Translations under genes and position numbers: made by a program | Notes under the pieces: generated by a model | Seen by the model: only the letters and a program-made list of their open reading frames with translations | What the model was told of the DNA's origin: nothing | Databases searched by the model: none | Source: a virus | Reading direction: 5' to 3' (one strand) | Virus record (IMG/VR): IMGVR_UViG_3300034107_000273 | Span: 1 to 64,000 of that record | Length of the DNA: 64,000 nt | Part shown: piece by piece, positions 20,801-27,256 of the stretch | Layout: each line of letters opens with the position of its first letter | Numbering within the stretch: position 1 is the first letter of the stretch

Positions 20801-21800
20801 AATAAAAAGCCTGAAGGGAAACATAATGAATTTTGATTTATTTACAACAGTAGATAAAACAAAGGCATTAGAATACGCTGTAGGTAAAAATTCAGAAGAA
20901 GCAACAGTAGCGCTGCAGCAAACTATATGGAATAAACCAAAAAGTCTTTCAAAAATTTGGGATATGCGAGGAGGCAGACCATCTCTATGGTCACAAAATA
21001 AAAAAGGCTATGCTGCACTAGAAGATTACTATATCAATGTACTAGGACACTCAAAAGCAAAAGCTAGAGAGTTGTTAACTGGTGAACGAGTAGCAGGTAC
21101 AGCAATGACTCGTGGAGGTAGAGATAGAGTACAACATTATACTAATATAGAACTAAATGAGGCATTTAGTACAATGGGTAAAAAAGGTCCACAATGGGTC
21201 GTAGATACTATAGCTCATGCTGGTGGAGCTCTACAGGGAGGCTCACAACATTCAGTATTAACAACACTAGATCCTGAAAAACGTATTAAAGAAATTATAA
21301 ACATTTTGCCAAAAGATATATTAAAAATAGCTTTGACTCCAGATTATATTGGGGGTAACTATGAACAAACGATGACATTAGCACTTGAAAGATTTATACG
21401 TCAATATCAAAAATATGGAAAAATTTTTCCATTGTTAGGTGAAGGACAACTGACACCTAGCCATCTACCAAAAACAAAAGCATCAACCATGGCAGCATCT
21501 GGTGGATTAATAACACAGCGTGGATTAATAAACCAAAAATCAATTAGTGATATGTACAACCTTCCATCATTCGCTACTGGCATAGACTATCTTCCAAATG
21601 ATATGATTGCACAACTTCACCAAGGTGAGCGTGTTCTTACTAAGGAAGAAAACAAAACCTATTCATCTTCTGCCCCAACTACTAATATTATTAATATCAA
21701 CGGTAGCGATTTAAATAAAAAAGAAATAGCACAAGCCGTTATGGTAGAATTAGATAGAGCACAAAAGAAAAACAACAAGACGAATATGGTGGGGAGATAA
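11889..21800 (+). CDS. Tape measure protein (3303 aa) carrying inserted kinase-like and ADP-ribosyltransferase-like domains
   Basis: TP901-like N-terminal core (GINASEGANALKSGL, AIEQMFGK), hydrophobic segments, position after the chaperones; repeated SDSIPA linkers; DLHGGN/DFG and YHG/FHG modules. Confidence 0.92.
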   Translation: MADVQSNIKVSIDTTDALASIKNLQRQISAFHTSMAKGGAAANAVTSQLQQNLINSVNATGKFSAQMRTIKTTTESFTSSLEKNKFSMGEYFRYAGGASKTFGRLFKTEFETINKVARENVKDLQTQYIKMGRDANGAMKAIAVRPLSLDMNNLATKTMVAAQKQAILNQLLKQGSTNLLNFGKNTQWAGRQLMVGFTIPLMALGAAASKTFMDMETQAIRFKKVYGDLFTSTTESTAALDAIKNLGKEFTKYGIAVSDTVGLASEAAAAGFKGIDLQRQTAAATRLSILGQVESQKALETTIALQNAFAMSSEDLAKNIDFLNAVENQTVLSLDDMSTAIPKAAPVIQQLGGDVKDLAFFMAAMKEGGINASEGANALKSGLASMINPTAKASAMLQGFGINIKKIVVDNKGDLKKTVTDFATALNKLDPLNRAQAIEQMFGKFQFARLSTLFANVTKEGTQAARVLDLAGASIQELAALSEKELGQTSESAMNKFRSSIEQLKLALVPVGEQFLKVITPIAEFITKILDKFNSLGDGTKKVIVVLTAVVAGLGPVLLMTFGLLMNGLANIIKGFTFLKSIFNKAGRATGTLGDEVKYMTTEQRNAAAVASSLDQVHRKLAQTFSSEAAAVDGLTRAYYRAVAAQSQFMPIRVPLQRGAVKKRAKGKPARVGGTGNQDTELALLMPGETVIPTKMSKKYASIINGMISDTIPGYKVGRDPGSGSAGRVGKVIPTVLRPYSANVSATSGLVDFLNIDPSNTADVASLYTKQIMDAAGVSAKSVVTEINKWRQNNMAALQKAANAVNAGADATTEFGPLVEKFNADMKKAGGPFSQFAATAKRMVPELSKDLVQAQTKARELGLNIKRGADAVRLSEALPGNMIAGDLSKPGNFSKFSKIRAGAGSLFGKTRGIKYMGIPRFMLPDMHPSERAYKLGTSQEHISSSLQQEAQAISLRAERLARKSTSKESADTGAKDAKAYSDAVEKGTEDIYVKSRKRKSPHRLVPQDGRDDARAYNRAVDKELNRGGKKRRVAYRPQGAPVIPPVIPPVIPPVVPPVIPPVIPTDYVPDEGPMHGPRKPTKYDKTVGNAVGKFRGSKIARLPKSGMGMGLSSALMMGSYMIPGKTGEIVQKVSMAAFALSSLTTPISLLVKAFGVAAVALGSGIAAAVVGIGLAMYLFSKSSKKSAEDIKEAAKRESEARIGSARAVEQFAKTFNKALPSQREFSRSNSQKIKGSGTLVDQYAKDYATEGNISTQIINQAAKKGQAEGIDAIAIDVANKAAILGLSPEEIAANIKAASRLIEADEVKVTAKIQQLLAPGGKDILKEPLTIDARLNYLNKQSTPIIKNIDKSINEISKIRFGKVNPLPGSETFDYKSLESAAGDWSSITNSWKGDFWDKALAAGKTWVMLQKNTIKSAINPLLGAGSAPSMVLNFTTPSAVESYDAVQERIQNASTRVSIAFMQQKEALALLNGQYADGQISEEEYNKQKQISSNNLNSLEKSSIKLVKQLNRLDDSGESAANVIKDLADQSLSALKAANPDKFNEITKAISALPDDAEVGIYMGYTRGSLTLMDLAIIPEVLKKIEGQEYSAAITIIATSGLSNEGVILKKLKAEAELAKLQQMAATRPGPDRDLIRAISYYQSQITEFDRIIKKIEGVDPVGKLDTDFNPYQDLEDGTDGAKTASEEYADVLEKEIDALKAKRDAQKDANDEVQREIDLKMKLQDLANEAIEAKISGNYLKAAILTQQAQNVQMKFNQETELKKKDDQIAKLEARLREIENGAALTRAESEKLKATKKLKKANGGAVKGFNTGGNVRGAGTATSDSIPAYLSNGEYVIKADSVKKYGTKTFDALNAGKFAEGGIIQGFRTGGLNRIVKSGISSVSKLIGSKLSGSKSGVSASVLTSSQKKQEWMDAMVAAEIARNKARRIQESSSYENIVFPEIMDYSDFAHSQNFMSSLNSVNKVEHIPTGQKGYLKSLKEMTPQEARREVFGSLFARRADLLAPTNTAVKSSVFEPPNDISVFSAALEDLSPGSISERTLYNKLQLNLTRKPDVHDLLPADIYAALDMTSEKSYRDTILSAIGYSDLHGGNLYLNPKTKQSGAIDFGRIGDSEYSMPMFATDKSFDSIVNKQYQKYVQLPDSERPAYLEGLRRAEATLSSITDSEIAEMLFQSGYDKTDIILPIYQKYIDNVRRAIAYRLSAKPIQGWDENIAKMPIDEDWFKETVYKQTTDFANGGAVKGFRTGGLNRVVSGFAKKIAFSIPNKINQIKNYLKVRSLIKDGMYHGSQPTGLRGEEYLQGKNILEGAETYDPHYGMGFFGTSSKSEAEMYAAGYNSPNNWSESFGSMNKITKAPFGKYVDFTRGTNSIKWQNYKLYQALGMEKDGYLGNYLTENLGDIMAGQNVTGSIMNRINDGMVPGDMASAKWLAWAKPKGVHTEEYMGSFAPKKPASLLDNLKSKFSILNKPKKYNTGGHVLGAGTATSDSIPAMLSDGEYVIRASSVKKYGTETFDALNAQRFSEGSPGGVSPTSDLGKLSKKQMFGIGARSAAAYQAMEELEKALSLRWGANKNASGFSKWSRALGRVGFNALQGGFSGVYTSANPFGALVGTAYGLGEGIVGLAQSGSDYGVKGGTYSNVKGFNPNAQLDSMNPLDSLINMGISTLIGGGLGVGFGKIAEKLGPLLKPKAIEIANKIPESIRNKATLKFNALRPKIEQLSQPFGNPFKKKPPVAKTPSLIGAAAKRAAQQTPAFGQELLQAGVWNTLGKIKGINKYNLRTRIPNPYMMHGLKKGFGYSYRTGESYYDEVVNTQYKRDKFAAEPDPDDLFASTFKDKFYYGSESFGELFGLIAKRSNDKVLQPLVMNPIKGGTRLIKAGYESSKNLFSNMKNNLSKDNIDNFLYRYTPFGTIKALRAGKNINPPPGADPWSTSVSKIPKEYDPSLRDLFTMPTFHGGALPDTLLNRLKPGEIKSLKGNIMNFDLFTTVDKTKALEYAVGKNSEEATVALQQTIWNKPKSLSKIWDMRGGRPSLWSQNKKGYAALEDYYINVLGHSKAKARELLTGERVAGTAMTRGGRDRVQHYTNIELNEAFSTMGKKGPQWVVDTIAHAGGALQGGSQHSVLTTLDPEKRIKEIINILPKDILKIALTPDYIGGNYEQTMTLALERFIRQYQKYGKIFPLLGEGQLTPSHLPKTKASTMAASGGLITQRGLINQKSISDMYNLPSFATGIDYLPNDMIAQLHQGERVLTKEENKTYSSSAPTTNIININGSDLNKKEIAQAVMVELDRAQKKNNKTNMVGR
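15009..15080 (+). repeat. Six 12-nt tandem repeats encoding PV(I/V)P
   Basis: ccwgttrttcca x6 inside the TMP gene. Confidence 0.9.
17292..17520 (+). repeat. TMP linker copy (ANGG-FNTGG-GAGTATSDSIPAYLSNGEYVI-FAEGG-FRTGG)
   Basis: Near-identical copy at 19305-19475; partial or diverged copies at 13878-14043, 18597-18647 and 21490-21660. Confidence 0.85.
19305..19475 (+). repeat. TMP linker copy (YNTGG-GAGTATSDSIPAMLSDGEYVI-FSEG)
   Basis: Clear protein and DNA similarity to 17322-17480. Confidence 0.85.
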
Positions 21801-22273
21801 TGGCATATTTAATTAATGCAGGAATACAGATTTCTATTGACGGCAATACTTGGTATAAGTTAACAGATCACAATAGAGAGCCTATTGATATTTCTACAGA
21901 GTTAATTGAAACACAATCCCGCATGGCCAATGGCAAAATGAGAAAATATGTTGTTGCTCAAAAAAATAATATTTCCTGTTCTTGGAAATATGTTCCTTCA
22001 AAGCAGTCTGAGTGTGTTGATGGTTTTTATAGTGCTGCTTGGCTTGAGTCATTTTATAAGTCTAACGCTGGACTGCCTATTTACTTAAAGGTTGTATCTT
22101 CAGGACTTAATGCAGACTCAGGCTTTGGATCACAGCCATTAGGAGTATTTGTTACAGCACAGAATAGATCTAAAATATATAACGTATACATATCTGATTT
22201 TTCTAAAACTATAATTAATAGAACAAGTCTTTCAGACTACGTTGATATGAATATTGATTTTACGGAGATCTAA
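21800..22273 (+). CDS. Distal tail (Dit-like) protein
   Basis: Directly follows the TMP; SRMANGKMRKYVVA motif. Confidence 0.7.
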   Translation: MAYLINAGIQISIDGNTWYKLTDHNREPIDISTELIETQSRMANGKMRKYVVAQKNNISCSWKYVPSKQSECVDGFYSAAWLESFYKSNAGLPIYLKVVSSGLNADSGFGSQPLGVFVTAQNRSKIYNVYISDFSKTIINRTSLSDYVDMNIDFTEI

Positions 22274-25200
22274 TGCTAAATGTAGGGGCACTAACACAAA
22301 CTCAAAGTACTGATATATTTACACAATCAGATTCAATTGCCTTACTTCCAGTAGTATCTGCTGAGTGGAACCATAACTTATTTAATCCACCATATATAAC
22401 AACTGCAGGAGCAGGAACAAAGATCTCTGGAACCCTAATACCTGGAACAACAGTTACTAATGTAACTTCTGGAGGAAAAGAAAATTTTGTAACAAAAAGT
22501 TTTAATATGTCTGACGGTACTGGATCAGTCGGATATGCAGTTACTGGACTATCTGGCAAAGCATATAAGATAATTACATATATAAAGACTAACAATGCAA
22601 TACCAGTAATGATTACGGCATTTGCTAAAGGATCAAAAACACAGTATGGAACAATAAGTATAGAGTCTGACTCACTTGGTTGGACAAAGGCTGTTACTTA
22701 TATAGGATCTTCTGGACCAACAGATACTATATCTTCATTTGATTATAAGATAACTGCCAATGCTTTATCTAGTACAGATTCAGAAAATTCAAATCCTACT
22801 GTATTTTTTACATTACCAGAAATTTATGAAACAACTCAGTTTGATTTTTATAATAATTCTCTGTTTCCTACTGAAAGTCCATTTACATATTTTAGACCAG
22901 GTGAGTCATATGTACCTTCTGGAGATTCAAAATATTCTTTTCCATCTAACCATAGAAGAATAGCCTCTAAGATTTTAAATAGTGAGTCTGAAAGTGGAGG
23001 ATTTTTTGGAAACAAATATTCTCCAGTTAGTTCTATTCTTCAGAACCCAACATTTTTTCTTGCAGCATCACCAATACCAAATGTAAAAACTGCCTTAGTA
23101 TCAGATATTGCACCTTACAAATATTTTGTTTCTGATTCAAATTCAAGAAACATAACTGCTATATATGAAAAGGGCATTCCAACAAATAAGGTTGTTTTAA
23201 AGTTTAATACATTAATGACTATTCCAACAGTTAGCATTTCTATAACTACTATATCTGGTAATACTGAGTCAACAAGTTCTCAATCAATAGTTGTAAATAG
23301 TAGTGGGGTTGTTGTTTTATATTGGAATGGATCTGCTTGGACTGACAAAAAGTGGGGAGACCCTACAGCATCTCCAGTAACAACAATGCCAAAGTTTAAT
23401 GATGCTGGAGCACTGTCTCTTTCAATAAATGTAAAAAAAATAAAAGTAACTCAAACATCAAGTGAACCTAAGTCAGAGCTTACTGGAACTACTGGTATAT
23501 CAACTCCAACATCTAATATTGCACTAGATCTAAAAAGAATGCATTTAATTGAAGTATCACCAAGACTTGAGATAGACTTATCAGATTTTGTACAAAATAT
23601 ACAAATAGATAAATCTCTAGATTCTAAACAGGTAGCATTGCCAATTTCTTCTATAAATACTAATGATGCAAAAATTGATTTGTCTGGTATACCAGCAATG
23701 AGTGGATCAACATTAGTACCAATTTTTTCTAGTCAAAGTAATCAGGCATCAACAATACTTGCTAACCTTTTAAGAAAAAACATTAAGTTTTATGTTAACT
23801 TTAACCTTATTAATTATGTTACTGCTGGATCAACACCAACCATTAACTCAAGTTCATATATTCCAGGTGGAGTTTTTTATTCAGACTCTTGGGAAGAAAA
23901 TGATATCAGCAATATAAACGTTCAATGCTTTGATATTTCACGGTATTTACAGTCAACACCAGTCCCAGACTATGTAGCAAATCTAAAGGGTGTATTTGAA
24001 GTTATAACTAACATACTAGACCTTGCTGGGTTTACAGACTACGACTATGATTCTTTATATAAAATCTGCAACAATAAGTCAGCACCATTAGATCTTTCAT
24101 ACTATTATTGTAATTCAAAAGATACTACAATACTTGATGCACTAAGTCAAATATTTATTGCATATCAAATAGGTGCCTACATTGATGAGTATGGAATTAT
24201 GAAGTTTTTGTCACTTCAAGATATTCTTTCATCAACAAACTCAAGTATTACAATATCAGACTCAAACATTGTAGAGGGTGGATTTTCTATATCAAATAAT
24301 GCAAAACCAGGTAAGATATCATTGAGGTATCAGACACCTAAAATTAAGCAATCTCCCTCTTTGCAAAATATAGAATCTTTAGATATAAAGAATTCACCAT
24401 CATTTATTTATACAACCTCTAATGATGTTGTATGGCAACAACAGACAATAGACTCTGTTGGTTTTAATTATCTTAATGCTGATATGTCAGAAGACCAAAA
24501 TGTGTTTGAAATTAACAATAATGATTTACTAGATATTTTTCATACATTTAATATGAACAATGAGGGATATGCATCAATTGAAAATGAAATTGTATCTTTT
24601 GTTTATAAAGAATATGAACTAGTAAATCTTAAAACAAATGAATCAAGAAAAGTTTCAATAAAAAATAACCTTGAGCTATCTTCAGAAATAAATAAATTTA
24701 TTAAAGAGTATGATGTTGGGTTAAAACAAAAGTCTGCAACAGTTACAGATGCAGAAGGAGATGGCGTAATAAATACATACTATGCTGAAAATAATTTTTC
24801 TACAGGCGATAGGGTAAGTATTAGTCGTATGTATCCAACTCAATTTAATGTTTCTGGAACAGTTATGGATGAGCCAACACCTACTCAATTTCAGATCTTA
24901 TCAACCTCATACTCTGATGATCCAGTTACTAAATTTGGTGTTGCATTGACTGCATCAACATCAGATGTTATGATAACTCCTACTAGTAAAATAACAAATG
25001 TAAAACGTGGAATGTTTGGAACTGCACCAGCAGAACATGCACGAATAACTTCTTTAGCAAGCAAGGGTCTATCTGAAAAAAATATGTTTTATGATTATTC
25101 AAACATATTTTCATATAGTGCTGCATCTATAATCAATAGCAAAACATCAGACACTGGTGAATTAACCGATAGTTTGCCAAGCATTGATAAGATTAGAGTT

Positions 25201-26682
25201 CAAATATCCTCAGATAATAAAAGTATCATATATCCAACAAATGAGACTGATGAAGGATATCAAACATATTCTGTTAAGTTTGAGATGCCAGAGCAGTCAG
25301 TAACAACTGCAGGATTATTCTTTAATATGAAAAATGACGTATCAACAGACTGGGCATACTTTGTTGAACTTATTAGATATAATCAAACAGTTCCAGGAAC
25401 TATAAATCTCTATGATCCACCAAGATATAAGTATGCACTTACAATTAGAACAGATGGAGAATTAATTGCTTGGTCAGAAGTAACTGGAGAATGTCAAAAC
25501 ATAGTTAATAATTTTTCTAAAATAGTCAATAAGACTTTTGTTGATAATAAATATCAATACGACTATGTAACTGATAATGCTTTTAATCTTAAAGTTGTTA
25601 GATATCTTTCTGATGGATCAGATGGTGAAGATGGAACAGAAGAAATTAATAAAAACATTCTATCTGTATTTTTAAACAATGTTGAAATCTCTAAGTGGCA
25701 AGTTCCTGGAGATCCCTCAGATCCTGAGACTGGCTCAACAGGATATAAGCCAACAAGCACTAATCCACTAACAGGTATGAGAAGAAAACCATCTGTAGCA
25801 AATAATATTGTTCTTGGTACAAAGTTTGGATTTGTATCATCTTTAGTACCAAATCCTATAGATGATTTATCCCCACAACTTGCATATCCAGTAGCTTCTT
25901 CACAATATCCTTCTTATCTTAGAGAGATACATGCAACCACTAAGGCTTTAAAAGAAAGAAGTGTAAGCTATTTTTATCAAGATAGAGAATTCCTTAATGG
26001 TCTAATACAAAATCAAAGCCTAGCAAACAAATCTCCAAGCTATATTATGCAGACAACTCCAGAAATTTCAGGAATAAATGTATATGATGTTCAGTATACA
26101 ACACCTGCTGCAGTATCTGTTGATGTTCTGCCAATTGAATACATTTGGTATTATTTCCCAGGTACTACTCCATTAGACCAAAAAAATTATCAAAAGAAAA
26201 TGATTGATGAATATTCTTTATCATACTCAACACCTATTAATACAGGATTTAGAGCTAAGATAGCAATTGCAAATAACTCACCACATATGGTTTTCTTACG
26301 TAAAGAATCTGATGAGCTCAATCAATTTACAATTAACTTCAACCTATGGACACATGAAATTGTTGCTCCATCAGATCCAGAGATTATTGAAAAGGTTATT
26401 GATCAATCTAATATATCAGAGGTATTGCAACTAGACTCTCAATGGATTCAGTCTAAAGAGTCAGCATATAAAATGTTAAAGATTGTTGAAATGGGTATAG
26501 ATGGATTTTCAAAAAATGTTAGTCTAAGTATATTTGGAAATCCACTAATTCAGGTTGGTGATATAGTAACCTTAAATTACTCACTAAATGGAATTAGTAG
26601 TCAAAGGTATATGGTTCATTCAGTATCACACTCATTTGATTCAGGGCTTTCTACATCATTAACAATGAAAAGGCTTCAATAA
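22273..26682 (+). CDS. Tail tip / baseplate hub protein
   Basis: YIDEYGIMKF and GNPLIQVGDIVTL hub motifs; 1469 aa. Confidence 0.75.
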   Translation: MLNVGALTQTQSTDIFTQSDSIALLPVVSAEWNHNLFNPPYITTAGAGTKISGTLIPGTTVTNVTSGGKENFVTKSFNMSDGTGSVGYAVTGLSGKAYKIITYIKTNNAIPVMITAFAKGSKTQYGTISIESDSLGWTKAVTYIGSSGPTDTISSFDYKITANALSSTDSENSNPTVFFTLPEIYETTQFDFYNNSLFPTESPFTYFRPGESYVPSGDSKYSFPSNHRRIASKILNSESESGGFFGNKYSPVSSILQNPTFFLAASPIPNVKTALVSDIAPYKYFVSDSNSRNITAIYEKGIPTNKVVLKFNTLMTIPTVSISITTISGNTESTSSQSIVVNSSGVVVLYWNGSAWTDKKWGDPTASPVTTMPKFNDAGALSLSINVKKIKVTQTSSEPKSELTGTTGISTPTSNIALDLKRMHLIEVSPRLEIDLSDFVQNIQIDKSLDSKQVALPISSINTNDAKIDLSGIPAMSGSTLVPIFSSQSNQASTILANLLRKNIKFYVNFNLINYVTAGSTPTINSSSYIPGGVFYSDSWEENDISNINVQCFDISRYLQSTPVPDYVANLKGVFEVITNILDLAGFTDYDYDSLYKICNNKSAPLDLSYYYCNSKDTTILDALSQIFIAYQIGAYIDEYGIMKFLSLQDILSSTNSSITISDSNIVEGGFSISNNAKPGKISLRYQTPKIKQSPSLQNIESLDIKNSPSFIYTTSNDVVWQQQTIDSVGFNYLNADMSEDQNVFEINNNDLLDIFHTFNMNNEGYASIENEIVSFVYKEYELVNLKTNESRKVSIKNNLELSSEINKFIKEYDVGLKQKSATVTDAEGDGVINTYYAENNFSTGDRVSISRMYPTQFNVSGTVMDEPTPTQFQILSTSYSDDPVTKFGVALTASTSDVMITPTSKITNVKRGMFGTAPAEHARITSLASKGLSEKNMFYDYSNIFSYSAASIINSKTSDTGELTDSLPSIDKIRVQISSDNKSIIYPTNETDEGYQTYSVKFEMPEQSVTTAGLFFNMKNDVSTDWAYFVELIRYNQTVPGTINLYDPPRYKYALTIRTDGELIAWSEVTGECQNIVNNFSKIVNKTFVDNKYQYDYVTDNAFNLKVVRYLSDGSDGEDGTEEINKNILSVFLNNVEISKWQVPGDPSDPETGSTGYKPTSTNPLTGMRRKPSVANNIVLGTKFGFVSSLVPNPIDDLSPQLAYPVASSQYPSYLREIHATTKALKERSVSYFYQDREFLNGLIQNQSLANKSPSYIMQTTPEISGINVYDVQYTTPAAVSVDVLPIEYIWYYFPGTTPLDQKNYQKKMIDEYSLSYSTPINTGFRAKIAIANNSPHMVFLRKESDELNQFTINFNLWTHEIVAPSDPEIIEKVIDQSNISEVLQLDSQWIQSKESAYKMLKIVEMGIDGFSKNVSLSIFGNPLIQVGDIVTLNYSLNGISSQRYMVHSVSHSFDSGLSTSLTMKRLQ

Positions 26683-26693
26683 TGTTGTGGCTG

Positions 26694-26702
26694 TGGTATA
26701 AT
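26694..26702 (+). promoter_or_regulatory. Extended -10 promoter
   Basis: TGGTATAAT, then SD AGGAG. Confidence 0.6.
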
Positions 26703-26721
26703 TGAAATCTAGGAGATAATA

Positions 26722-27243
26722 ATGGCATATATTAAAATATCAGATCCAAACGTTATAGACCTTGCTGCTTGGCAACAAGTTATTAATGTTGTTAACCAGC
26801 ATAGTGATAGCATTTCTGCAATTACTAATAATTTTGGATCACAGGGTACTGGTGAAACTAACTGGAATACTGGTACTGACATTTCACATGAATATGACCC
26901 AGGATCACAAAAGGTTGTATATGGAAAAAATAAATTTGATCCAGCTTCTGATGAAATAGATTTTGAAGTAGCTGCAAACAATGCAAAATATATATATCAC
27001 GGAAATGTTGTTTTTGCAGACGAGGTATCTGGAGCATCATCATTTGATGCAACTCCAATAGTTACTGCAACAATTTCTTTAACACAATCAGTAACAGCAA
27101 ACGTTAATATTATATTAACTGTTACTCAAGTAACACAGGATGGTTTTAAATATAGGGTTACAAACTCAAGAAGCACTTCTGCTGTTGGAATACCTATAGT
27201 TGGAGCATTTTTTATAAACTGGATGGCCATAGGGCCTAAGTAA
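26722..27243 (+). CDS. Minor tail protein (H-type lectin/gp53-like C-terminal domain)
   Basis: FDATPIVTAT...INWMAIG. Confidence 0.65.
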   Translation: MAYIKISDPNVIDLAAWQQVINVVNQHSDSISAITNNFGSQGTGETNWNTGTDISHEYDPGSQKVVYGKNKFDPASDEIDFEVAANNAKYIYHGNVVFADEVSGASSFDATPIVTATISLTQSVTANVNIILTVTQVTQDGFKYRVTNSRSTSAVGIPIVGAFFINWMAIGPK

Positions 27244-27256
27244 ATAAGAGGCCACA

